DNA of 64,000 bases from a virus. The stretch lies in the IMG/VR virus record IMGVR_UViG_3300027844_002282; one strand, 5' to 3'. Position numbers and translations under genes: made by a program. Within the stretch, counting starts at the first letter, position 1. Each line of letters opens with the position of its first letter. Of this stretch, positions 53,262-62,879 are shown piece after piece. A model generated the notes under the pieces. The model had not been told where the DNA came from, made no database searches, and saw only the letters and a list, made by a program, of their open reading frames with translations.

Positions 53262-55130
53262 CTAACTCGAACTGCTCGAACTGCTTTGGGTCCAAGTTCC
53301 GCCATCATAAAATGTTCCATGATCGCCATTATAAATATAGTCAGCCATACTGTCTGCTTCGGCAACACTACTAAGTGGAATGTCTCCCCAAAAAGCAAAT
53401 TCATCAAGGCCCGAATCGTCATCTACACTTATCCATACCTCAGTGTCATTGGAAAAGTCCTGTATTGTGCTGGAAAACGACTCTATACCCGACTGAACCC
53501 CATCGACATATATTATGATCCTATTTATACCAGAATCAGCAATACATAAAATGTGATGCCAATTTGCAAGTGACATCGCCCCAGACGTTATCAATCTATC
53601 ATCAGCCTGAAAAGTAAGTTTTGCACTTCCAGTGTCTAAAAAGTGAGAAACTTCGTACTCATTTGTCTTTCTTATAATTATTTTCCCAGGAGATACATTT
53701 AGTGGGTCTGGGTAATACCAGAAACTCATTATAACAGAACTCGCATGGACCCCGCTTATTCCAGTCACCAAACCAAACGTCACATCCGCCTCTGGTGTCG
53801 TTGCGTTAGTCTTCTTTCCAGGATCTGTTTTTACTGTTGATGCGTCTTTTGTTATCAAATGATTATATGGTAGCACATCATCGGAATGAATCGACCCAGT
53901 AGTCTCATCAAAGTCCCAATGAGCCAGCATATACGAATTGTAAGCATTAATGTCCGAAGTCCAAGAAGAGGAACATGAGCAAGAACTACTACTGCACGAT
54001 GAGGAACACGATGAGGAGCACGATGAGGATGATGAGTTATTGCAAGATGACGAACTACATGATGACGAACTTGAAGAACTGCTTGACACAATCGCGTCAT
54101 CTAAGTTCATCGTGATCGCTGTGTCAAAATTTTTCCATTGATTTTCAGTCTTGCTGAAGTATGTCATGTATATATCTTCGCCCTTTTGGGCGGAGGCGTA
54201 AACAACACCTCTGTTGTCAACGCTTATTTGAGGATATATCAAGTCAGAAACAGCACCAAATGGTGTTGACGATGCAAAGAACCTCCACTCATCATTGTCT
54301 TTACCAAACCCTACAACCGGGACAAATATTGAGTTTACAGGGTCATAGCTTACAGATATCGCATATACATAGCTGTCGTAAATAAAAAATGAGTTATCAT
54401 CTGTCGGGTTCTCTAATGAGCATAATGAAGGGAAGATAGATCTTTCGGTACAGAACGACCTGAAAGTAGAATAAGAGCCAGAGGCCAGACATAGAATTGC
54501 TTCTGGACTCCCTGCATAGTGTTGTATCGTTTCCCCAAAATCTTCTTCTATAATTTCATACGGGTATTCTATATCTCTTTTTACAACAAATAGTATAACA
54601 TCATTCACCATCGACTTGGCATCAACAAGGATATAGTCTGTCAATTCTGCTTTCTTGGTTACCGACGTTGTTGTAACTTCATAAATAACAACGTTGCCTC
54701 CAACTTGAGAGGCCATGAAAATATCATCGGTGTCAACCTTCACTAACTTAGAGAATGATGGAAAGATTCCATTTACACATGCGTCACTATCGATAGCTTT
54801 CCATGTGGTATCAAGATATGTGTAATAGCCACAGTCAAATTGTCCATCAAAAACTCTGTTTGGATTGTTTCCTGTGCCCAAAACTGAGACGTTATCTGAG
54901 GCGAGTTCTACGAGGGACAGGTTCTCCCCCACATAGTCTCTTGGAAGACGGTCTGTCGAGGCTGGGAAAGATACAGTGGTGTCCAACACCTCATCAGTTC
55001 TATAGACTGAAATGTTACCGTCTTTATCTCTAAACAAATAATGGACATAATCATCAGAGAACCTCTTAAAGTCTCTGATGTTTGTTTTTATTGGTGTTAG
55101 GAAGTTTCTTCTGTCATTCTGTGGTTTCAT
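53262..55130 (-). CDS. Fibre-like protein with Ser/Cys tracts and C-terminal LamG domain
   Basis: LAHWDFDE...SFWY...WHHI...IYVDG...LDEFAFW; Ser tract before LamG and at the C-terminus. Confidence 0.75.
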   Translation of the reverse strand: MKPQNDRRNFLTPIKTNIRDFKRFSDDYVHYLFRDKDGNISVYRTDEVLDTTVSFPASTDRLPRDYVGENLSLVELASDNVSVLGTGNNPNRVFDGQFDCGYYTYLDTTWKAIDSDACVNGIFPSFSKLVKVDTDDIFMASQVGGNVVIYEVTTTSVTKKAELTDYILVDAKSMVNDVILFVVKRDIEYPYEIIEEDFGETIQHYAGSPEAILCLASGSYSTFRSFCTERSIFPSLCSLENPTDDNSFFIYDSYVYAISVSYDPVNSIFVPVVGFGKDNDEWRFFASSTPFGAVSDLIYPQISVDNRGVVYASAQKGEDIYMTYFSKTENQWKNFDTAITMNLDDAIVSSSSSSSSSCSSSSCNNSSSSSCSSSCSSSCSSSSCSCSSSWTSDINAYNSYMLAHWDFDETTGSIHSDDVLPYNHLITKDASTVKTDPGKKTNATTPEADVTFGLVTGISGVHASSVIMSFWYYPDPLNVSPGKIIIRKTNEYEVSHFLDTGSAKLTFQADDRLITSGAMSLANWHHILCIADSGINRIIIYVDGVQSGIESFSSTIQDFSNDTEVWISVDDDSGLDEFAFWGDIPLSSVAEADSMADYIYNGDHGTFYDGGTWTQSSSSSSS

Positions 55131-55570
55131 TATGAGTGATCAAGGCTTACCTGATACGTCACAGACCCCGCTTCTGCGGCGTCCATGGACATTCTTGAGT
55201 TCATGAATATATACTTTGACACATTGTCAGCCCTTGTCCCTATCGTTACTGGTTGGTCAAGACCCGCGAAGAATCTCGACAGTGTGCTTCTTGAGACAAA
55301 ATTATCGTCAAGTTCTATTCCGAAATTTCCATTCCCCGCTGTCCCGTCAGAAGTGATATCTACAGGGCTGTCATTTACTGTGATTTGTGGGGAGGCTGTT
55401 ATTTGAAGAGTCACATTAGAAAGAAACGATACGTCTGGGACATACAGATCAAAAACTCTGATCGGGCTGAATTCGCCTATGTTGACATTTCCAAATGACA
55501 AAGAGGTGACTGTTCCCATTAACTTTCCTGTCGATGGGTTATACTCTCTCCATACTGCTGCTATAGCCAT
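55130..55570 (-). CDS. Small beta-rich virion protein
   Basis: Likely start MAIAAVW at 55570 (GGAGG RBS); LSFGNV Ig-like motif. Confidence 0.65.
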   Translation of the reverse strand: MAIAAVWREYNPSTGKLMGTVTSLSFGNVNIGEFSPIRVFDLYVPDVSFLSNVTLQITASPQITVNDSPVDITSDGTAGNGNFGIELDDNFVSRSTLSRFFAGLDQPVTIGTRADNVSKYIFMNSRMSMDAAEAGSVTYQVSLDHS

Positions 55571-55595
55571 TTTTCTCCCTCCAAATATAGTCCAA

Positions 55596-55623
55596 ATTCT
55601 TTCATAACACTTCAAACTCCTTT
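55596..55623 (-). promoter_or_regulatory. AGG-N19-GAAT promoter-like motif heading the fibre operon
   Basis: Minus strand aaAGG agtttgaagtgttatgaaa GAAT. Confidence 0.65.
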
Positions 55624-55639
55624 AATTTATAATTGTACA

Positions 55640-56566
55640 TTAACTAAGGCCGTTGGACATCCAACGACTAAAACATTCGTTATTCAAAATGTCCTCACAA
55701 CTACTGTCTATCATTAATTGATGCCTCATTATCGCCCCAAGATAGTTCTTTACCACTTCCCTATCTGGGGTGAAGTCGTCAAACCCTGACAATTTACCTT
55801 CGTAAGTAGCCCCTGAGCCCGTATATGCCGATCTGCCGATGGTCGCCACAGGAATACCACTAAATAGCGCCTCAGTTGCCACTGTTGAATTAATTGTAAT
55901 AACCTTTGAGCATCTTGATATAGATCTATATACAGATTTTTCCAAATCTAACTCCCATCTATCGCCAAATATTTTAACCCCCTCTTCTCTAACTTCTTCC
56001 CAGTCGGATCGGTGCCTTGGGTGTGGTCTAACAATAATTTCCTTGTCTGGGAACTGTTTCTTTACTCTTGACAACAATGATAAGATACTACTCCCTTTAC
56101 CGTAATCGTCATAACAATATTTTACAGGAGCGTCATTCTCTCTTTGTAAAACTACAAGAATCGGACCTTCCGGGTCGTATTCTTGAAAATAATCAACCCA
56201 ACCAAACCTTTCTTCCGCAATTTCATAGAACTTATCTATCTCAAATGACGAGGCGGATTGTAAATACTCCTTATCTGTACATATTGTAGAGTCCGAAAAC
56301 CACCCGTTCGTATCTAAGAATATTCCACTCCCCTGATTGAATAATGCGTTCTCGATAAACAAAAAGTTTTTGCCGTGTTTGTCGTACCATTCTTTTGGAA
56401 CTTTCAAACCCCAGGTAATAATATTGTCATATTCTTTTATAAGATTTATATACTCATTTTTAACGCAAGAAAATCGGACAGATATTTCTTTATCAGTTAA
56501 AACATGTTCTATTTGATGTTTTAACTGATCGTGGTTTTCTGGGAAAAATAAACATGCTACTCTCAT
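55640..56566 (-). CDS. Capsule polysaccharide synthesis (KpsC/KpsS-like) glycosyltransferase
   Basis: ILVVLQ..ND, IIVRPHP, VITINSTVATEALFSGIPV...G...Y.G.G. Confidence 0.8.
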   Translation of the reverse strand: MRVACLFFPENHDQLKHQIEHVLTDKEISVRFSCVKNEYINLIKEYDNIITWGLKVPKEWYDKHGKNFLFIENALFNQGSGIFLDTNGWFSDSTICTDKEYLQSASSFEIDKFYEIAEERFGWVDYFQEYDPEGPILVVLQRENDAPVKYCYDDYGKGSSILSLLSRVKKQFPDKEIIVRPHPRHRSDWEEVREEGVKIFGDRWELDLEKSVYRSISRCSKVITINSTVATEALFSGIPVATIGRSAYTGSGATYEGKLSGFDDFTPDREVVKNYLGAIMRHQLMIDSSCEDILNNECFSRWMSNGLS

Positions 56567-56592
56567 GATTTAATCTCTTATGATGACGATAA

Positions 56593-58215
56593 TTATATAC
56601 TGCTACTACTTGAACAGCTACTTGAACAGCTACTACTGCTGCTTGAGAAACTCATTGATGATGACGAGAGCGAATAGCTCGACGAAGAACTAATACTTTC
56701 TGATGAACAACTACTTGACACCCAACTTGAACAGCTGCTTGACGAACTGCTTGAATTTGTCCAACAAAGGGAACTAACTTGACCGCCAGACTGATTCAAT
56801 GTAAAGTCGCACCCTGTGATATCAATAATCCATGCTGTGCCAGCTAATGGTGCTTGAACGCAAACTTCAACAGGACAAGTCGCCTCAACAATATAGGTGT
56901 TGTAATTCTGATAAGTAGATATTGATCCCGTATCCAATATACTTCCGGTATTATCTGTAACGGTCAATCTGTCTGGAATCGTATACGTCTTAAATTTGAT
57001 AGTCATTGTTCCGCACGATTCTCCAGGTGAACATTGACCAATGGCCTGGACGGAGCTTATAGACTCGCTCGATTTGCTAAACGAACTACTGCTTGATTCC
57101 CAACTTGAACATGAACTCGAACAACTTGAGCTACTTGAGCTACTTGACGAGCTACAAGAGTTACTCGATGAGCTACTTGATATGCAAACGGTACAGGCGG
57201 CATGTGTTGATGGAGGTGTCGGAACAGTGTCATTGCCCTGCCTTTTTATGTAAAAGCAATAGGCGTCGGGTGGGGGACAACACGATAAAAAATTCCACGT
57301 GGTAGTTACTGGAGCACCTGTAAGTTTTGCACTCTTTATCCTAACAATGGATGTAGCATCAATATCTTCAATAGCATTATAGGTAACCTCGAATCCTGCT
57401 CTGGCAAAAGACTCTGTTGGAAGCGGTGGCGTTCCTTCGCCAGAATATTTCTTTCTAAATGTGACAGAGAAACTGTCAAAATAAACGCCTGTGAAAAAAT
57501 TGTACTTAGTCACATCTTTATTCAACATTGTTAGTGGGTCTCTTACCCATGAAGCTGGAGCGGTTCCAGAATACAGCCCGGTATTATTGAATTCTGTCAA
57601 TGTAAGAACAGATCCGCCAGACTCTGGAGCTTCGAACTGGGCTTTTGCCTCCCAATAAAATTCTCCTACACCACTTAGTGATGAGCTTTCCCAACTTGAA
57701 CAGCTTGAAGAGCAACTACATAATGAGCTTTCCCAGCTGGAACAGCTTGAGGAACAGCTTGAGGAACAACTACTACTTGAGGAACTACATGAACAACTAC
57801 AACTTGATGAGCTACAACTTGAGGAAAGACTTGATGAGCTAAAGCTACCAGATCTTGATGATGAAGAACAAGAACAAGAACAGCTTGAACTACTATTCGA
57901 CGAGCTACTGGAAGAACAGCTGCTGGAAGAACTTGAACTGCTTATTTGATCACCAAGAATAGCGGGGAAAATATTCTCCTTATATCTTGATCCGGTTGCC
58001 ATAACTACCGGGCCATTGATCATCACGTTTTTCAACTCTCCCTTTTCTGGATTATTGAAAGCGTCTACCTCATCACAAGAAGAATAGAATGACACATCAT
58101 CAATGGGGTTTTTATTATTCCATTGAAAATCGTCTGGGTAATTTCCCTCCTGATTCACCGAAGAAGCATTGCTTCCCGGTAGCGCTAAGTCTGCGTACCA
58201 ATTTGAAAGTGCCAT
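56593..58215 (-). CDS. Extremely Ser/Cys-rich modular protein
   Basis: Three long S/C tracts separating small beta domains (e.g. YTIPDRL...DTG...GTAW). Confidence 0.75.
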   Translation of the reverse strand: MALSNWYADLALPGSNASSVNQEGNYPDDFQWNNKNPIDDVSFYSSCDEVDAFNNPEKGELKNVMINGPVVMATGSRYKENIFPAILGDQISSSSSSSSCSSSSSSNSSSSCSCSCSSSSRSGSFSSSSLSSSCSSSSCSCSCSSSSSSCSSSCSSSCSSWESSLCSCSSSCSSWESSSLSGVGEFYWEAKAQFEAPESGGSVLTLTEFNNTGLYSGTAPASWVRDPLTMLNKDVTKYNFFTGVYFDSFSVTFRKKYSGEGTPPLPTESFARAGFEVTYNAIEDIDATSIVRIKSAKLTGAPVTTTWNFLSCCPPPDAYCFYIKRQGNDTVPTPPSTHAACTVCISSSSSSNSCSSSSSSSSSSCSSSCSSWESSSSSFSKSSESISSVQAIGQCSPGESCGTMTIKFKTYTIPDRLTVTDNTGSILDTGSISTYQNYNTYIVEATCPVEVCVQAPLAGTAWIIDITGCDFTLNQSGGQVSSLCWTNSSSSSSSCSSWVSSSCSSESISSSSSYSLSSSSMSFSSSSSSCSSSCSSSSSI

Positions 58216-58258
58216 GTTTACTCATCTCAAAACTTTTAGTAGAAATTCACAAGTCTTT

Positions 58259-58432
58259 TTACTTCTTGCCTCTTTCTCTCTTGTGTTTCGCCTCGTTTTC
58301 ACTTAAATACTCAAGGATTGCCTGCCCTTCCGTCATACCCTTATCTTTCTTGCTCTTTAGATTTTCCCAATACTCTGTCATCATATTTGAGCTATCTCCG
58401 GCGTCTTGGGCTTCTTTTTTAATATCTTCCAT
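58259..58432 (-). CDS. 57-aa protein below the ORF-track cut-off
   Basis: MEDIKKEAQDAGDSSNMMTEYWENLKSKKDKGMTEGQAILEYLSENEAKHKRERGKK*; AAGGAG RBS. Confidence 0.65.
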   Translation of the reverse strand: MEDIKKEAQDAGDSSNMMTEYWENLKSKKDKGMTEGQAILEYLSENEAKHKRERGKK

Positions 58433-58441
58433 TTTAACTCC

Positions 58442-59368
58442 TTATGAAATTAGATCTGACCAATCATCAAGAAAGGTCTTCTTCTTTGGTGGTTTTTCCT
58501 GCACCGGAACATTTTGTACCGGAACATCCTGTACTTGAGTATCCGGTGGCGGGGTCTCTTGAACGGGCGGTTCTCTTCTTTTTGTATCAATTACATCTAT
58601 TCGATTAGGGTCAAACATTTCAATTTGATCACGCGCTTGTTCAAGCGTCTCTCTCGCCCGCTGCTCATGATCTTTTCCCTCTTCAATAGAGGTTAAATAA
58701 TTTCTAATGTCATGAGGGTTAACTGGGCCGTCCTTTGTTATAAATTGATACCCAACGATATCATCCAACTTAAATGTTCTTGGTTGACCGCCTCTAGTTA
58801 AATCAACAACAGTTATATTGTCGCCGTCCCTCTCAAATATTTTACCGCTTGGAAGCTTGGCGGTTCCACTTGTTGCTAATTGATGATCTAACATGCCTCT
58901 GTGGCCACCGGTGTACATATAGGATATCTCCATGTTCAACCCGTTCTTTATTGCGAAATCAAGGGCGTCAACAAAGTTCTGTGTTATTCTAACGTTAAAC
59001 TCTTCGGCTCCGGCTGTTTTTATACTGTCTCCAAAACTATGACCAACCACAACATTGTTCTTAGCAAACCACCCACGATTAACTTCAAGTGCGTACCTAC
59101 ATTTTGTCGATGACTTTACGGGCCTTAGAGATAATGGTATCAAGGGTTTAATATCTAACACTTTGAAATCGCTACTCAAAAAGGCTATGTCCAAGGGAAT
59201 ATAGGTGTTAGACATCCAGAAACTAAGGTGCCTATCTGACGCAAAGCAAAATAGCATCCCGCGATTTTCTCCGAGATGCTTCTTGTACATCAGCCCCTGC
59301 TCTCTTGTGTAGGGGTCGTTTGCGACATCTACCATTAAATTAATTGTCTTTTTTTCACTCGCAGCCAC
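58442..59368 (-). CDS. DUF192-family protein fused to a WYL-like domain
   Basis: QGLM...GMLF.F...FWM.NT.IPLDIAF...YALEV..GW (DUF192); then ISY...D.TR...RTFKLDDI (WYL-like). Confidence 0.75.
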   Translation of the reverse strand: MAASEKKTINLMVDVANDPYTREQGLMYKKHLGENRGMLFCFASDRHLSFWMSNTYIPLDIAFLSSDFKVLDIKPLIPLSLRPVKSSTKCRYALEVNRGWFAKNNVVVGHSFGDSIKTAGAEEFNVRITQNFVDALDFAIKNGLNMEISYMYTGGHRGMLDHQLATSGTAKLPSGKIFERDGDNITVVDLTRGGQPRTFKLDDIVGYQFITKDGPVNPHDIRNYLTSIEEGKDHEQRARETLEQARDQIEMFDPNRIDVIDTKRREPPVQETPPPDTQVQDVPVQNVPVQEKPPKKKTFLDDWSDLIS

Positions 59369-59392
59369 GGCTACAAACCTCCAATTTCACGC

Positions 59393-59590
59393 TTATCTTC
59401 TATTTGTTCTTGTCGGCGTATTAGACTGCCATGCACAACCATATGAAGAAACTATACGTATTAATTTAGAAGCGCTCGCCTCATCAACCTCAACATAATA
59501 ATTTCGACCACTTGATTTATACTTAAAACCACTCAGCCTACCTTCTTTTATCTCACGATCAAATTTTTCAGTCGCAAAGAAAAAGATCAT
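59393..59590 (-). CDS. Hypothetical protein
   Basis: 65 aa, coupled to the upstream stop. Confidence 0.55.
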   Translation of the reverse strand: MIFFFATEKFDREIKEGRLSGFKYKSSGRNYYVEVDEASASKLIRIVSSYGCAWQSNTPTRTNRR

Positions 59591-60051
59591 TACTTTTTAC
59601 CCACAGAGAGTCTTGGTCCATTTCCAAATTTCTTCTTTTTATCAGCGAGAATTTCCTGGAGCCCCTTGGTTTCAGAACTCTTATCAAAACTATTCTCTTC
59701 TGAAAGAACCAGAGTCTTAATAACCTCTCTCCCTCTGCTTGTGTACGTAAAAGTCTCTATATCTCCACTTATAAGACCAGAGGCTTTTAGCCTTAAAACG
59801 TCGTTCTGACTTACCGTCTCTGGAATAGGTATCTTTTCATCACTGGCGCTACCGCTACTGTCTTTCCAAAGCTTGAAAAGTATTCCCGCCTCGAAATTGC
59901 TGACCTTTATGATATCATTGGCTTTCGACTGTTTTTCTGTAACAAATGGTAACAGGCTTACATCTATACCGTAATCAACCTGAGGGGTCATTGGTTTGTT
60001 TTGATCTAACATCAAATAATCTGTATTCATTGGTACTATTGGGACTGGCAT
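59590..60051 (-). CDS. Hypothetical protein (possible winged helix)
   Basis: LKASGLI....YTSRGREVI pattern; GGAGG RBS. Confidence 0.6.
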   Translation of the reverse strand: MPVPIVPMNTDYLMLDQNKPMTPQVDYGIDVSLLPFVTEKQSKANDIIKVSNFEAGILFKLWKDSSGSASDEKIPIPETVSQNDVLRLKASGLISGDIETFTYTSRGREVIKTLVLSEENSFDKSSETKGLQEILADKKKKFGNGPRLSVGKK

Positions 60052-60060
60052 TTTGACCTC

Positions 60061-62496
60061 CTATACTGTTTCAAAAAATTCCGGCTGCTCTTTAACTACT
60101 TTTGCATGTATTTCTTTCAATTTTTCAAGGCCGTATTCCTTTAGCATGTATTCTCCGTCAGGGCCGTAGCCTATGATCTTCTCATATTCATATGCCAATC
60201 TCTTTTCAGAAACCTTCGCGCCGTCAAACAATAATTCTTTATTTCTATGAATCGACTCATCAAGCTCTGGGTCTATAGAATATCCTCTAAGGTTTAATAT
60301 GATCGCCCTCGTAACCATGAGCGGATTAATCGGGATAACAACGTCTGGGTTGAGGATCGGTCTAACAATCTTGGCCTCAATATCATCCATGGCTTTTCCC
60401 GTTATATCGTAGATATTATTGTCAATAAAACTATAAAGTAGACTATTGACGGTAAAGTCTCTGGCATACACGTCTAAGTGAATTGGGGTCGTTGAGATAT
60501 TCTCTTCTCTCATAAGCGGTCTTACACCCTCTGTGAAAATACGTTTTCCACGAAAGTCCATCGATACGCCTTCATACTCATAACTCATCGTTCCAGTTCT
60601 TTGGCTAAATCCGATATCGACAATACCAAGATCTGCCGCAAGAAGACCGCCAAGTTTTTGAACGTTCTCGACTACCGGAGATGTGAAATCAAGATCGTTA
60701 ACCTCAAGGAAATTCTTTGTCGTTGCCAATGTTCTTGGGAATCCACCAACTACGAAACAGTCTTCTATCCCATATGTCTGTGATAATATCTTACACTTAC
60801 TAAGTATCTTATTGATTGTTTCCTTAAGTCTTCCCTGAAGGTTAACAAATGAGTTTACACGATCAATGTTAGATCCAGAGTTTACATTGTCCTCAATTTC
60901 TTTAATATCTTCTAAGTCTTCATCCCCAGTAATCCAAACTACAACTTTATCCTTGAGATTGTCATTCTCAAATATTGCATACGGAAAATCTCCTAATGCG
61001 TCAACAACATGAGGTAAAGCGTCTTCATGAACAATCAGCCTGGCTACATTTATCTTTTTTGACAAAACCATCTTCTTATAATACCCAACCCTTCTCAATA
61101 TTTGAACAATATAATTCTTAGATTCGTTATCTGTCACATTATAAAGAGAGTTGCCAACTGCCCCAGCAGTACCAAAATCGGATCGGCCAGACCAATAAGT
61201 ATCTCTATCGTTCCACTTCTCTGGTCTATTCCTATGTTCTGGTGAAGCAAGGTCAATCTGGATATCATTTTTCCAGTAAGATCTACCAAATCTATCTTTG
61301 GCTATTTTACCCCTACCGTACCTTTCATCATATCTTCTCATCCAATATCTTCTGTCTGAAGATTCTCCGTCGTAATATCCATGGGTGTCAGAAATATCAT
61401 CAGCCTCAAATGGCTCTCTCCAACCCGCATTAAATCCATTTAGATATCCAAAGACGCCACCAATATGCGGGCCACCAACGTTACTTCTCCATGACGCGAA
61501 CTTAATAAGTTTATTTGTCGATGCCGCTTTTTGAATAGGAATAATCAAAGCGTGAGGAAGCTTGTCCATTAACATTTTCTCTAACGTTACAGACTCTGTC
61601 TCAGCAACCCCCTTCTCTTTCCTTTCTTGAGTAAGGTTTTCCTCACAAGTTTTATCTCCCGATTCGTCACCAGTGTGAAGATTGTTTTCAAGAAGGGTTT
61701 CCACTGAGTCATACTTTGTCCCTTCGGTAGCGAATTCTTGAAAGTTAACCTCTTGATTGGATCTCAACACTGTTTCAATTAGACTCCACTGGAACGGGGC
61801 GATCTGAGCCTTCCTATACCAACTATTTTCATTTGAAGCGTGAGTCATTTCCCCTGTCGTTTCAAAAGGCAGGTTAAACCTATTCATCCCCCAAGAAAGA
61901 AGGGAATTTTGCAACTCTTGACATGGGCCTTCGTCCCCACCTTTGGCATGTAAGGCTTCGTGGGCAATAATGGAAGCTAACTGAACTTTTCGAAGGTTGT
62001 TCTTATCATCCTCGGTAATCGTATCTGGATCGGAGTCCAAAATCATTTGGTCAGTAATATCCATGATTCTTGCAATATCGATGCCAATAACGCTTCCACC
62101 TTCAGATTTTTTCTTTTCAAAAAGTCTTCTCATCTCTTCTGTCACTTCTTCTGGATCTTTATCTGGAGAATATGCATATAGAAGATCACTTTCTGAAGGG
62201 CTCTCTGGAATATTAGTTACATAACCAGATCTTTCAAGCTCTTTCTTAACCCTGACCCAATCAACTGTTTCGTTCAATGATGGGTTGAAAACCCCGAATG
62301 CATCTACATCAGTAGAATTGTAAATGTATGCTACATTTTTCAACAGATCTCCCCCAGCAAATTCGTTAACTAACGAAACAGCCTCGGAAGCGCCGGGGAA
62401 TCTCCCGGAAATTTCATCAGAATTAACATTTCCTGAGCCTACGTTCTGCTCAATTGTGTCAACCTTCTGTTCTATCTCTTGCAATTCTGGATTCAT
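60061..62496 (-). CDS. HExxH metalloprotease-like domain fused to a class II CCA-adding/poly(A) polymerase-type nucleotidyltransferase
   Basis: IIAHEALH (HExxH at 61948-61962); C-terminal FVVGGFPR...DLDF...ARDFTVNSL...D.TG....DI....VR...VSEKRL. Confidence 0.8.
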   Translation of the reverse strand: MNPELQEIEQKVDTIEQNVGSGNVNSDEISGRFPGASEAVSLVNEFAGGDLLKNVAYIYNSTDVDAFGVFNPSLNETVDWVRVKKELERSGYVTNIPESPSESDLLYAYSPDKDPEEVTEEMRRLFEKKKSEGGSVIGIDIARIMDITDQMILDSDPDTITEDDKNNLRKVQLASIIAHEALHAKGGDEGPCQELQNSLLSWGMNRFNLPFETTGEMTHASNENSWYRKAQIAPFQWSLIETVLRSNQEVNFQEFATEGTKYDSVETLLENNLHTGDESGDKTCEENLTQERKEKGVAETESVTLEKMLMDKLPHALIIPIQKAASTNKLIKFASWRSNVGGPHIGGVFGYLNGFNAGWREPFEADDISDTHGYYDGESSDRRYWMRRYDERYGRGKIAKDRFGRSYWKNDIQIDLASPEHRNRPEKWNDRDTYWSGRSDFGTAGAVGNSLYNVTDNESKNYIVQILRRVGYYKKMVLSKKINVARLIVHEDALPHVVDALGDFPYAIFENDNLKDKVVVWITGDEDLEDIKEIEDNVNSGSNIDRVNSFVNLQGRLKETINKILSKCKILSQTYGIEDCFVVGGFPRTLATTKNFLEVNDLDFTSPVVENVQKLGGLLAADLGIVDIGFSQRTGTMSYEYEGVSMDFRGKRIFTEGVRPLMREENISTTPIHLDVYARDFTVNSLLYSFIDNNIYDITGKAMDDIEAKIVRPILNPDVVIPINPLMVTRAIILNLRGYSIDPELDESIHRNKELLFDGAKVSEKRLAYEYEKIIGYGPDGEYMLKEYGLEKLKEIHAKVVKEQPEFFETV

Positions 62497-62498
62497 AA

Positions 62499-62879
62499 TT
62501 ATGCTGTCTCTGGACCCTCTTGGACGACTTCTTGCTGTCTCGCAATATCCGCTCTCTGTTCCTCACGGACTGTGTCAACAACTCCGGCACTTGGGTCGTC
62601 TGGTGGCTCATCATCTCCAAACCCGGCTCCGTTTCTCATCTCACCCTGAGATTGCTGTAAACTCTTTGAAGCATCAGATATCGCAAACAAATCATTAAAA
62701 AGATTTATCTCATTTGTTCCCCTGTGCTCACCCTCTTTGGCTTCAATGGCAATATCTACGCCTGTGCCATCATCATTTATCTTGTAACAAACAGTCCATT
62801 CGGCTCTCTGAACGTTTCCCGCTCCAGTTTGCGCCTTAACTAACTGCCCACTACTGTCTACCTTATATATTTTCATCAC
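62499..62879 (-). CDS. Hypothetical protein
   Basis: 126 aa, GGAGG RBS, LVKAQ motif. Confidence 0.65.
   Translation of the reverse strand: MMKIYKVDSSGQLVKAQTGAGNVQRAEWTVCYKINDDGTGVDIAIEAKEGEHRGTNEINLFNDLFAISDASKSLQQSQGEMRNGAGFGDDEPPDDPSAGVVDTVREEQRADIARQQEVVQEGPETA

Noticed and set aside
50986-58215. Diversity-generating retroelement or microsatellite origin of the Ser tracts
   Set aside because: No reverse transcriptase or TR/VR pair seen; mixed Ser codons argue against simple slippage
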